Assembly (NCBI GenBank): GCA_030605795.1
Contig: JAUWHR010000014.1
Span: 2,728-66,727 of the forward strand
Direction of reading: 5' to 3'
Origin: Anaerolineae bacterium
GTDB lineage: Bacteria > Chloroflexota > Anaerolineae > Anaerolineales > E44-bin32
Length of the DNA: 64,000 bases
Shown here piece by piece: positions 10,019-19,790 of the stretch. Made by a program: the position numbers and the translations under genes. The notes under the pieces were generated by a model that made no database searches, was not told the DNA's origin, and saw only the letters and a program-made list of their open reading frames with translations. Position 1 is the stretch's first letter, and the number at the start of each line of letters is the position of its first letter.

Positions 10019-12811
10019 ATGATGCAAACACTGGTCGCACTTGATCTAGAAACTACTGGATTGGACCCAGAACGAGATACGGTAATTGAAATCGGTGCCG
10101 TTCGGTTTCGCCAATCCCGTATTGAGGACACATGGTCCACGTTAGTCAATCCAGGCCGCCCGCTCAATCCATCGATCATCGCGCTCACCGGAATCAATGA
10201 CGATATGCTCTCCAACGCCCCTCGATTGTCGAAGGTGTTGGGCGAATTAAGTTCCTTCGTCGGTGACCTGCCTCTCTTGGGCCACAGCATCAGCTTCGAC
10301 ATGGCTTTTCTCCAACCCAAAGGGCTATTCAGGTACAACCAGACACTGGACACCCTTGACCTGGCCTCTGTTTTGCTTCCTAATGCTGGTCGATACGGTT
10401 TAACATCTCTGGCACACGCGCTAGGAGTCCCGGTTCGAACCGCCCACCGCGCTCTGGATGATGCACACACCACCCATCAAATTTTCCTTAGGTTATACGA
10501 AAGAGCCCTTAATCTCCCCCCGATCTTAGTGGAGGAGATCAGCCGCCTTAGCGCTGAAATTGAATGGGGTGCGGGATGGGTATTTGACTCAATCCAGCGC
10601 CATCCCTCCCGAACAGAAGACCCTGAAGCTTATCCGCTTCAGAGCCCCTACCACTACTTTCCACCCTTAGATAAGCAACCTGAACCCCTCATGCCAACTA
10701 GAGATATTAGCCCCCTGGATGTGGAGGAAATCGCCGCCACCCTCGAACCGGGAGGCCCCTTTGCCCACCAGTTTCCCGCGTATGAACATCGCCCACAACA
10801 GATCACCATGCTGCGTGCGGTGGCCGAAGCCCTTTCCAATGAACGTCACCTGCTGGTTGAAGCAGGCACAGGAACGGGAAAATCTATAGCTTATCTAGTG
10901 CCCGCCTTCGCCTGGGCAGCCCAAAACGGTGAACGGGTGGTCATCTCCACTAACACCATCAACCTGCAAGACCAATTAATCCATAAAGATATCCCTGACC
11001 TCTGCCGGACCTTAAAGACAGACTACCGGGCAGCTGTTTTAAAAGGGCGTTCCAACTACCTCTGCCCACGCCACCTTGCGAGTTTACGCCAGTTAGGACC
11101 ACGATCTGCTGATGAGATGCGCCTGCTCGCTAAAGTCCTGGTTTGGCTGCATAGTGGAGGCACAGGTGACCGCGGGGAGATTAATCTCCTACCGAGAGAA
11201 AAGGCTACCTGGTCCCGTCTATCCGCGGACAATGAAGGCTGCTCCCTGGAAGCTTGCCTCGAACACACCGCAGGCGGTTGCCCATATTACAAAGCCCGCG
11301 TAGCAGCTGAGAACGCCCATGTTGTCATCGTCAATCACGCCTTGCTGCTGGCCGACATCGCAACCGGTAACCGTGTAATCCCGAAGTATCGTTACCTGAT
11401 CGTCGACGAAGCTCACCATTTAGAAGCGGCTACCACAAACGGTTTAAGTTTTCATGTCAGCCAACGTGAAGTAATGCATCTCTTGAGAGACCTCGGTGGA
11501 CGGTCAGGTGGGCTGCTCGGTCAGATGCTTGTTGTAGCTCGGGCTCAACTTACTCCTGATGTATTCTCTCAAGTCGAACGGGCAGTGGCCACTATTTCTG
11601 ATCGAACGCTTGATTGCATCCATTTGGCGCGGCGCACATTCGAAGCCCTTTCAGAATTCATGACCCATCATCGCGAGGGGAAACCGATTGGGCCTTATGG
11701 TCATCGGCTGCGCATTGTCCCAGCCACGCGTACGTTGCCCGAATGGTCGGAGGTCGAAATTGTCTGGGAGGATCTTCGCCGCCCACTCTCAACCGTGGTT
11801 GAATCGCTGGCTGAGATAAGTGAAGGCCTGGAAGAGCTCGCCCTGGCCGGCTCGGCGTCAACTGAAAACCTGGCCATCGCCGCCAGAATCGCTTCGCGGA
11901 GCCTGAGCGAGGCTTTCACCAACCTCGATCGGATGATCTTCGAGCCGGATCCTCAGACGATTTATTGGCTCTACGCACAGATAGGCCAGGGCAGGCTATC
12001 CATGCACGCGGCACCTCTTGAGGTGGGCCCCCTCATCGAGCGATATCTGTGGCATGAAAAAGAATCGGTCGTGATGACCTCAGCTACATTGACGACTGGC
12101 GGTGAATTCGATTACATCCGTCGCAGACTCAACGCTGAAGATGCGGAAGAAATCGCCCTTGGCTCTCCATTTGACTACGAGACCTCCACCCTGCTCTACC
12201 TGGTCAACGACATTCCCGAACCGACCAATCGGCAGGCATACCAACGAGCGGTCGAAAGAGGTTTATTGGCCCTTTGCCGCGAGACGGGTGGGCGAACTTT
12301 AGTCCTCTTTACCTCTAATGACCAATTGCGACGCACGGCTCGAGCTATTGCTGAGCCCTTGGCAATGGAGGGTATTCAGACCTTCGAGCAGAGCTCGGGT
12401 GCATCACGGCACACGTTGCTTAAAGATTTCCGCTCCACAGAGCAAGCGGTGTTGCTAGGAACGCGATCCTTTTGGGAGGGAGTGGATGTCCCTGGAGAGG
12501 CGCTCTCGGTCCTGGTCATCGTCCGCCTCCCCTTCAGTGTCCCCAGCGACCCAATCGTCGCTGCACGATCTGAGACGTACGAATCTCCGTTTTACGAATA
12601 CACCGTACCAGAAGCCATCTTACCCTTCCGTCAAGGCTTCGGACGCCTGATCCGCACCAAGTCCGATCGAGGGATTGTGGTCGTACTCGATCGCCGCATA
12701 CTTACCAAGCCCTATGGGCGCGCCTTTGTAGATTCACTCCCCCAATGCACCGTTCGTCTCGGGAAACTAGCGGATCTGCCCACTTCCGCTGCTCGCTGGC
12801 TGGGCGTGTAA
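10019..12811 (+). CDS. dinG: DinG-family helicase with N-terminal DEDDh 3'-5' exonuclease
   Basis: DLETTG exonuclease, HRALDDA; EAGTGTGKS, DEAH, FWEGVD, QGFGRLIR; TGcTATAAT at 9998-10006 upstream. Confidence 0.93.
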   Translation: MMQTLVALDLETTGLDPERDTVIEIGAVRFRQSRIEDTWSTLVNPGRPLNPSIIALTGINDDMLSNAPRLSKVLGELSSFVGDLPLLGHSISFDMAFLQPKGLFRYNQTLDTLDLASVLLPNAGRYGLTSLAHALGVPVRTAHRALDDAHTTHQIFLRLYERALNLPPILVEEISRLSAEIEWGAGWVFDSIQRHPSRTEDPEAYPLQSPYHYFPPLDKQPEPLMPTRDISPLDVEEIAATLEPGGPFAHQFPAYEHRPQQITMLRAVAEALSNERHLLVEAGTGTGKSIAYLVPAFAWAAQNGERVVISTNTINLQDQLIHKDIPDLCRTLKTDYRAAVLKGRSNYLCPRHLASLRQLGPRSADEMRLLAKVLVWLHSGGTGDRGEINLLPREKATWSRLSADNEGCSLEACLEHTAGGCPYYKARVAAENAHVVIVNHALLLADIATGNRVIPKYRYLIVDEAHHLEAATTNGLSFHVSQREVMHLLRDLGGRSGGLLGQMLVVARAQLTPDVFSQVERAVATISDRTLDCIHLARRTFEALSEFMTHHREGKPIGPYGHRLRIVPATRTLPEWSEVEIVWEDLRRPLSTVVESLAEISEGLEELALAGSASTENLAIAARIASRSLSEAFTNLDRMIFEPDPQTIYWLYAQIGQGRLSMHAAPLEVGPLIERYLWHEKESVVMTSATLTTGGEFDYIRRRLNAEDAEEIALGSPFDYETSTLLYLVNDIPEPTNRQAYQRAVERGLLALCRETGGRTLVLFTSNDQLRRTARAIAEPLAMEGIQTFEQSSGASRHTLLKDFRSTEQAVLLGTRSFWEGVDVPGEALSVLVIVRLPFSVPSDPIVAARSETYESPFYEYTVPEAILPFRQGFGRLIRTKSDRGIVVVLDRRILTKPYGRAFVDSLPQCTVRLGKLADLPTSAARWLGV

Positions 12812-12996
12812 TCCTTTATAGATCACTCCCCACCTTTCAGTGAACCGGTGGATTACCACCTTTACCACCCCACATATAGTCCCTTTTCCTGCTGGCGGCT
12901 GCTTTCATAGCAGACTTAATTGATGTAATATAAACCGCAACGTATTCGAGTCGAAATGGTTAAGGAGACACATCATCCACGGAGGTCTACCTTACA

Positions 12997-13617
12997 ATGA
13001 CTGAGGTCTTCTACGGATATGTTTATGTCGCAGGACGTCACGATGGCCCAAAACGGCTGGAGGGCATCGAGAGCTTGGTGCCTTTTGTGACGAAATATCT
13101 GTTCAGCGAAGAATTGCGTATCACCGATTCTTCCGATAACTTGATCCTGCACGTTTTGGATGGGGTGGACCTTTTCTCCACCCTTCACGAGTATGACGTG
13201 GACCTTCCTCAAATTTATCAAAGCCTCCGAAGGGATATCTTGGGCGTGGGCTTAAATATGGACGACCAGTGGGGCGACTGGCAGGATGATTACGACAGAA
13301 TCAGCCCCTCCCCGAGTGAAGTAAGAACGCGTTTAGCTATAAAGAAAGCTTGCAAAGCCGCTCAAACCGTAGCTGATGTGGCCAAACTGCTGGAGGACAA
13401 TTGCTTCATCGCATTCTTCGAAAGCCAGGATGGAAGCCGAGCTTGGGGCGATTTCGACCCCATCGATCATTCTGTTGTGGAGATGAACGAGACGGGAAAG
13501 TGGGGCTCGCAAAAGAAGTTGGGCAGAGTAACCCTGGAGCCTGCGGCAAAAGTGCACCATGATGGTTCTGGGGAGGACATCCACGTCTTTATCCTTCTTG
13601 ATCCACCCCCCGATTGA
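12997..13617 (+). CDS. Hypothetical protein
   Basis: 206-aa ORF with GGAGG RBS; no recognised motif. Confidence 0.65.
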   Translation: MTEVFYGYVYVAGRHDGPKRLEGIESLVPFVTKYLFSEELRITDSSDNLILHVLDGVDLFSTLHEYDVDLPQIYQSLRRDILGVGLNMDDQWGDWQDDYDRISPSPSEVRTRLAIKKACKAAQTVADVAKLLEDNCFIAFFESQDGSRAWGDFDPIDHSVVEMNETGKWGSQKKLGRVTLEPAAKVHHDGSGEDIHVFILLDPPPD

Positions 13618-13659
13618 CGGCCAGGGCTAAGGTGAAGATCAAATGATCCCTCCGGCCGG

Positions 13660-13689
13660 TTGACGTACCCGGTTCGGCAGGGCTATAAT
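13660..13689 (+). promoter_or_regulatory. Sigma70-type promoter of efp
   Basis: TTGACG - 18 bp - TATAAT. Confidence 0.65.
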
Positions 13690-13719
13690 CTCATCACTCC
13701 ATTGGAAGGACGGACTTTC

Positions 13720-14277
13720 ATGATCGACGTCAACGAATTGCGCAACGGCGTTACATTTATGTTGGAGGGGGATCTCTACAAGGTATTGGATTATTCCCAT
13801 CATAAACCTGGACGCGGCAAGGCCACGATCCGGACTAAGGTACGCAATCTGCGTAGTGGCGCTGTACTGGAAAAGTCGTTCAATTCCGGTGATCGGGTTC
13901 AGGACATCCGGCTCGACCACCATATTGTTCAATTCCTTTACCAGGACGGCGAACTTTTCCACTTCATGGATACAGAAACTTACGAGCAACCAGCGTTAAA
14001 TGCCTCTATGCTCGGCGAGACGATTAATTACTTGACCGAAGGCCTTGAAGTGAAACTAACTTTCTACCAGGATGAAACATTGGATATCGAGCTTCCCACC
14101 GCGGTTGATCTCAAAATCGAGGAATCCGAGCTCGCTATTAAAGGCGATACCGCTACCGGTGCCAACAAGACTGTCACCACCCAAACTGGCCTTAAGGTCC
14201 AAGTGCCCCTGTTTGTCGAAGCCGGCGACACGATTCGTGTTGATACTCGCACCGGCAACTACCTAACCCGAGTTTAA
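13720..14277 (+). CDS. efp: Elongation factor P
   Basis: HHKPGRGKA loop, FMDTETYEQ, KGDTATG, VPLFV...VDTRTGNY; ATG 13720. Confidence 0.96.
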   Translation: MIDVNELRNGVTFMLEGDLYKVLDYSHHKPGRGKATIRTKVRNLRSGAVLEKSFNSGDRVQDIRLDHHIVQFLYQDGELFHFMDTETYEQPALNASMLGETINYLTEGLEVKLTFYQDETLDIELPTAVDLKIEESELAIKGDTATGANKTVTTQTGLKVQVPLFVEAGDTIRVDTRTGNYLTRV

Positions 14278-14299
14278 AGATACCCCAACCCTATTGGCT

Positions 14300-14641
14300 A
14301 TGCGCAACCCGTCCGGCACTGTATGCCCCTTTTACTACCAAGACTTCCATCGCGGCCGCTCTCGGCAGGAGTGCCGACTCATCGACCGCACCCCAGGTGG
14401 AGGCACCTATACTCCTGACCTTTGCACCAAATGCCGAGTACCGCGCATCTTAATGGCCAACGCCTGCCCCAATATGGTGCTTGAGGCTAAGGTTGCCTCG
14501 AGTTTTTTCGGTCTCCGCAAGCGGATACAAGTCGCTGCCTATTGCACTCGCTCATTGCAAATCGTTAAGGAACCTGAAATCGGCTGTGGTCAGTGTCACC
14601 TTGCCTTTGCCCCATTAGATCCATCTAAGGAAGAAATATGA
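14300..14641 (+). CDS. Cys-rich hypothetical protein
   Basis: Eight Cys including CTKC and CGQC; directly after efp, overlapping next gene (ATGA). Confidence 0.7.
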   Translation: MRNPSGTVCPFYYQDFHRGRSRQECRLIDRTPGGGTYTPDLCTKCRVPRILMANACPNMVLEAKVASSFFGLRKRIQVAAYCTRSLQIVKEPEIGCGQCHLAFAPLDPSKEEI

Positions 14642-15825
14642 TCACTGCCCTGCTAATAGACCTTGATAATACGCTGCTCGGGAACAACATGGAAGATTTC
14701 ATCCCAACCTACCTCAACCGGCTGGGAGCCTACATGGCCGATATGGTGCCGCCTGATCGTTTCATTACCGAATTACTGCACGGCACACGAGCGATGATGG
14801 AGAACCTCGATCCAACTGTCAGTATGGAACAAGCCTTTGCCGAGGCTTTCTACCCTGCTTTAGGCTTACCCGAGTCGGCTGTTAGGTCTCAAATCGGTGA
14901 TTTCTACGCGACAGTCTTCCCAACCCTTCAGACAATTACCACCCATCTTCCTGAAGCCGAACAGCTTGTCCAAAGTGCGCTAGAGGCCGGACTTGAAGTT
15001 GCCATCGCTACAAGCCCACTCTTTCCACGTACAGCTATTGAACAACGCCTCGACTGGGCTGGTGTACCTGTAGAGCGCTATAACTATGCCTTGATCACCA
15101 GCTATGAATACTTCCATTTCTCCAAACCCCACCCGGAGTTCTATGCTGAAATCCTGGGAAGATTGGGTATATCCCCCCACGAAGCCGTTATGATCGGCAA
15201 CGACCCTGAAAACGATATCGCTCCTGCTCAAACCATGGGGATGTCCGTCTTCCACGTAAGCCGTTCCCCACTCGATGCCTTTCCTGGAGGTCAGTTAATC
15301 GATGTTATTCCATGGCTGGAACGGGTCACAAATCAAAACCGCCCAGAAGCGGCTAACCACTCGAAAATACTCATAGCACGACTCCGCGGCTACCTAGCCG
15401 CCTTGATCGGTATGGTCACTTCTCTCGATGAAAAAATTTGGACCCGACGACCGGCGGAGGATGAATGGGCACCCATCGAAATCGTTTGCCACCTGAGGGA
15501 TGTCGAAAAGGAAGTCACTCTCCCCCGGGTTAAGACGATCTTGACCGAAACCGACCCTCACCTTCCCCCCTTCGACACAGATCGTTGGGCAGAAGAGCGG
15601 GATTACATCCACCAATCAAGTCCTGATGTGTTGGCTGATTTCATCCAAGTTCGAAAACAAACTATCTCCCTGCTAACAACGCTCAATATGGAGGATTGGT
15701 CTCGCTCAGCCCGTCATTCTTTATTCGGACCGACGGCTTTGGCAGAGATCGTTAACATTGCCACCGAACATGATCTGATCCATTTGGGTCAAATGCGATC
15801 GGCTTTGGAGAGTAAGGTGGTCTGA
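14638..15825 (+). CDS. HAD-family hydrolase fused to DinB/YfiT-like domain
   Basis: DLDNTL, KP, MIGND HAD motifs; C-terminal EW..EIVCHLRD...HDLIH DinB His pattern. Confidence 0.85.
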   Translation: MITALLIDLDNTLLGNNMEDFIPTYLNRLGAYMADMVPPDRFITELLHGTRAMMENLDPTVSMEQAFAEAFYPALGLPESAVRSQIGDFYATVFPTLQTITTHLPEAEQLVQSALEAGLEVAIATSPLFPRTAIEQRLDWAGVPVERYNYALITSYEYFHFSKPHPEFYAEILGRLGISPHEAVMIGNDPENDIAPAQTMGMSVFHVSRSPLDAFPGGQLIDVIPWLERVTNQNRPEAANHSKILIARLRGYLAALIGMVTSLDEKIWTRRPAEDEWAPIEIVCHLRDVEKEVTLPRVKTILTETDPHLPPFDTDRWAEERDYIHQSSPDVLADFIQVRKQTISLLTTLNMEDWSRSARHSLFGPTALAEIVNIATEHDLIHLGQMRSALESKVV

Positions 15826-16151
15826 TAGCAATCCCTTTTTCGCCCCCCCAACCATTCCATAAAAATCGCCTCAATATTCTTGGGTGGGGTGTGGTGTGTA
15901 GTGGAGGGACGTGAGGATATTTCGAGGAGATGTTATCGGTAAGATTGGGGAAATCTATTGAGAGCCAATGTGGACAATTGTTTAATCTCATTAGACCAAT
16001 ATTGATAGGTTATCTGACCAATGATTTCACTTGAATTTTGTATAGGCCACGAGATGACCATTTCTCGATTTATAAATTCGTTATCGGACATTTATTTATA
16101 TAGTTATAAATCTCAACCATCTTCTTGATAAATCTGTGAATAGTCTCATTG

Positions 16152-19100
16152 TCATTGTGTACCTCGACGTGATAATAACCTGCGAAGGTCACCAAGCAAA
16201 CTAGTCTTCTTTCTAGGTGGTATTCTTTTATCTTTGGCGATAATATTTACCATGATATTCTCTAACCTTCGTTGTTCACGAATTGTGAAGCTACGAGTAC
16301 CGTATAGGTATCTCAGCCGAAAATAGATGATCTCTCGCAAAAACCGAATATCGATAATCTCTTTAGTCAAAGCATCCATCTTATCTAAGTATCGAGGAAG
16401 ACGTAGTTCTGTATAAATAGCTAAATAAAATACTTTTAGGTATATTGGTAAATCGCCACTGTCAATTTCCTCTTCAAGTATTAGTGCAAGTTTCGGAGTA
16501 CCCAACGAAAAGCTTAAAAGCGACTGCACAAGCATTGTTGGAACTATTTTCATAAACCAAAGGAAGGTTTCCACAACTACTTCGGAATCAACAGCTTGTT
16601 CTTGTATGTCATCTCCCGTAACCTCCTTTACCCTCTCTTCGAACTTTCGCATGTCCTCTTCGTCAAAGGACTCGCTAAATGATTCAACCGTAAGGATTAG
16701 TAGGTAAAGTAGTTCTATGCTAGTTTCCAAGCAAAATCTAATATGCTCCTTTTTCAGTTGCTTACTATCAATCAATTCGCAATTTCTTATTAGCCGTGCA
16801 TATAGTACAAGAATTTCGAGTGCGTTTGACTGAGAAGCAACAGCATCATCCGTTAATTCTTCCGAAGTTCGTAGGTCATCCTCTTCTTCGCTATCAAGTA
16901 TCTGGGCTTCGATTACTCTGTCATATATAGCATCCTTAATTTCTTCAGTTAGTCTAGATGCTCGAAGCTTTTCAACGAAGTTTTCTTTCTCATCTTCTGG
17001 AATTGATTCTATAAGACTTTTGTTAAGTTCGATTTCACCAAACTTGGAGATACTAATTTCATGTAAACCCAATCTCTCATATAACATTTCAATGTTCTTT
17101 TTGAGCCTTTCCATGATAAGCGACAGGAGGTCTTCATTTTTACGGACTAATCCTGTGAGATAATCTATTGAATTTGCATATTTCAGGTATCCATCCTCTC
17201 CGATAATTACTTCATAAAACTCGGTGTCCTCAATCATCTGCTTTGCCACGAAATATTCAAAGAACGCAATCGACCTAAATGAAACCAAATCACCTTGTTG
17301 TACAAGTACACCTCTCTGGATTAGAAAATCAAGGATTGTTTGAACTCCTCCTCTAATTGGTAGGCCACGACTTGAAAAGTAGTCATTCAAGTGCATAAGA
17401 GCATCATCGAGAGATATCCTAATTTCGCTGGTTTCTACAAGGTATTTAGCCATATTCGCAAGAAGATCTTCAATATTTCTGAAGTCAATGCCACCTGGAA
17501 GTAATTCCTCTTGGGGGGATTTGCTTATTAGGATTTCAATGAAATCTTGGATAAGCGTTGCTTTATTTATAGGTTGGTATTCTCTTTCATGCTCAATTAC
17601 AAATAGGATAATAGAGATGATAAATGGTGTGCGAGGTAAATTTAAATCGATTAGCTGGTAAAGAATAGTATCTGCAACTTCACTTGGAGTAAAATCAAGC
17701 GTGCTCTTCTCATACCATTTCTTAGCTAATAGCCGAATCTGCTTTCGTCCAAACGAATGTATATAAATCTGGTTTACCTCAATGCCTAAATCTGGAATCT
17801 TATCAACTTGCAATTCAAGCAGTAGATCTTCATTGAGAGTAAACATGTATTGTTGATTTGGATATTCCTCAATGAAAGAAACTAATAACACTAATCCCTT
17901 TTTATCGTGCAAATCGAAGTCATCAATAAGCAATATCCATTTCTCGTTGCTAAGAAAATCGTTCACATCGATTTCAATTCCGTAATTATGAAGGTAGTTA
18001 TTGATTGCGTGTCGGATGCTATCACTGCTTTTTGGTAGATCTCTCCAATTCAATAATAATGGCACCTTTGCTGCACTCATATTCGCAGGCTCTAGATACC
18101 TTGAACTAATGAAGTTCAATAAAGTAGTTTTTCCACTCTCCTGATCTCCAATAAATACGACATTCTTTTCTTCCTCAATAAGTTCATCGAGAGTTATGGC
18201 TACGTCATCTGCCTTCTTCGTTTGTTCTGACCTCAATGAAAGAGGGGGTTCGACAAATACCTCTTCTAATTCTCTTGGCAAGCTATATGGATGAGTAGAA
18301 GGTAGAAGGATGCTGTTGATACCTTTTACAGCAATTTCACGAATTCTTGTTATTATGCTTAGATTAACAGGTATTGGTGTAGTGCTTGATTTTGACAATT
18401 CGAAACTTACCTGACCGGATGTTTGATCATAAGCTAGAGCCGGCACAAAGCTCCGACTTCGGTCAATGTACTCTCTAAGATTAACAGTGCCATTATTCTC
18501 GTCAAGGGAGTAGTTGATTATCGAATAGCCATTGAAATACTCTCTCCTGAAAAATAATGAGCCACCACTGATGAGTATTATCTTGTTATTATCAATTGGT
18601 TGAACTAAGTCGATGTCAGGTTCATGTGAATGTCCAGTTAGCAAAAAGCTGAATGCGCCATAGACTCTTCGCTTGATTTCATTCCGCTCAAAATCTCGTA
18701 AGTAACTAATAGGATGATGCATGGTCAATATTCGCAAGTCGCAATCTGACAACTCTTCTATGCATCTATCAACTACCCTTTCACCAACAATTAATTGACC
18801 GTAGTCTTCGTCCCCTCCGTAAGCTCGCCAAGCAGTATTAATACATGCAATTCCGATTTTCCTCTCTCCGTGAGAGAATTCATATGTGTAGTGAAATACA
18901 TCCCTGGTCAGTAAATGTTCATTTGGTATGCTGTTAAGAAAATTATCAAAATTCGTCATTCTTTCGAAGAATTCAGGGTATTCTGAATAATTATCGATTA
19001 GTGTATTAACCTTGTCACGATCTGTTAAGTATGATGTCATTCCTTCTTCATGAATTGTTTTGATTTTAGATCTTTGGATATCGTGATTGCCTGGACAAAA

Positions 19101-19370
19101 GAAGATGTTGTTTAAATCCAATCCAAGATGATCGAGGAGGGGGTTAATAAATTGCTCTAGAACCTCCTCATAATCAGATCGACCTTTTGTATATCCAAAA
19201 TCTCCGTTAATTATTAAATCACCAGAAAAAACTACAATGTCAGGTGAAAGTCCTTGATTCTTATGGAGTAACAAATCATTGAATAATGCTTCAGTAACTA
19301 TCTTAAATTCCTCAATACCTTCTAATTTGAAGTGCAAGTCTGATAGGTGGAGAATCCTTAAATATGCCAT
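16152..19370 (-). CDS. Calcineurin-like metallophosphoesterase fused to STAND/NACHT-like NTPase with helical C-terminus (putative defence protein)
   Basis: HLSDLH, SGD, PGNHD, HHP, GHSH metallophosphoesterase motifs; GDQESGKTT Walker A, LLIDD Walker B, LPRTPF, F.S..FFEYFVA; GAGGAG RBS before ATG 19370. Confidence 0.85.
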   Translation of the reverse strand: MAYLRILHLSDLHFKLEGIEEFKIVTEALFNDLLLHKNQGLSPDIVVFSGDLIINGDFGYTKGRSDYEEVLEQFINPLLDHLGLDLNNIFFCPGNHDIQRSKIKTIHEEGMTSYLTDRDKVNTLIDNYSEYPEFFERMTNFDNFLNSIPNEHLLTRDVFHYTYEFSHGERKIGIACINTAWRAYGGDEDYGQLIVGERVVDRCIEELSDCDLRILTMHHPISYLRDFERNEIKRRVYGAFSFLLTGHSHEPDIDLVQPIDNNKIILISGGSLFFRREYFNGYSIINYSLDENNGTVNLREYIDRSRSFVPALAYDQTSGQVSFELSKSSTTPIPVNLSIITRIREIAVKGINSILLPSTHPYSLPRELEEVFVEPPLSLRSEQTKKADDVAITLDELIEEEKNVVFIGDQESGKTTLLNFISSRYLEPANMSAAKVPLLLNWRDLPKSSDSIRHAINNYLHNYGIEIDVNDFLSNEKWILLIDDFDLHDKKGLVLLVSFIEEYPNQQYMFTLNEDLLLELQVDKIPDLGIEVNQIYIHSFGRKQIRLLAKKWYEKSTLDFTPSEVADTILYQLIDLNLPRTPFIISIILFVIEHEREYQPINKATLIQDFIEILISKSPQEELLPGGIDFRNIEDLLANMAKYLVETSEIRISLDDALMHLNDYFSSRGLPIRGGVQTILDFLIQRGVLVQQGDLVSFRSIAFFEYFVAKQMIEDTEFYEVIIGEDGYLKYANSIDYLTGLVRKNEDLLSLIMERLKKNIEMLYERLGLHEISISKFGEIELNKSLIESIPEDEKENFVEKLRASRLTEEIKDAIYDRVIEAQILDSEEEDDLRTSEELTDDAVASQSNALEILVLYARLIRNCELIDSKQLKKEHIRFCLETSIELLYLLILTVESFSESFDEEDMRKFEERVKEVTGDDIQEQAVDSEVVVETFLWFMKIVPTMLVQSLLSFSLGTPKLALILEEEIDSGDLPIYLKVFYLAIYTELRLPRYLDKMDALTKEIIDIRFLREIIYFRLRYLYGTRSFTIREQRRLENIMVNIIAKDKRIPPRKKTSLLGDLRRLLSRRGTQ

Positions 19371-19680
19371 TGATAGTCTCCTCTTTAAATATTTTGAAGA
19401 TTGCAAGCCTGTTTCTCTTAGATATTATCGTTAGATCTATTTGCCTCTTGGCTCTCTGTTTTTAAGATATACCCGACCTCAATCGAAGTCGGGCTTAGTT
19501 TTGCGATGTAAGTGCCTGGCACCCCACTACGCCGAGGCTGAACTGTGTAGATATAGATTACATCAGGTGAAAACCTGATTCAAGGAGAAAACAATTCTCC
19601 ATCTGAATACATGATACACAAACCAACCTTAGGAAACCCTCAAGATAATATTACTAGTTCTCAATTGAATTAATCACTAG

Positions 19681-19751
19681 GAAAAGATACCGCCCCAGCA
19701 CACCGGAGGGGGGCCGGCTGGGGCTTTGGCGTGCTCGCAAAGCCACGCCTT
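19681..19751 (-). ncRNA. Candidate ~70-nt small RNA with C-rich (anti-SD-like) loop, copy A
   Basis: Two hairpins (GGCGUG/CACGCC; GCCCCAGC/GCUGGGGC with CCCCCCUCC loop) then U-rich tail, directly downstream of a consensus promoter. Confidence 0.5.
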
Positions 19752-19755
19752 GGTC

Positions 19756-19784
19756 ATTTTATTTACAGAGATAGGTTATGTCAA
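19756..19784 (-). promoter_or_regulatory. Sigma70-type promoter for candidate sRNA A
   Basis: TTGACA (19784-19779) - 17 bp - TAAAAT (19761-19756). Confidence 0.7.
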
Positions 19785-19790
19785 ACGGAT

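Noticed and set aside
19770-19786. ttatgtcaaac XerD-like arm and a 10-bp repeat gataggttat shared with 16004-16013
   Set aside because: Better explained as the TTGACA -35 of the sRNA A promoter; a 10-bp match in AT-rich DNA can arise by chance
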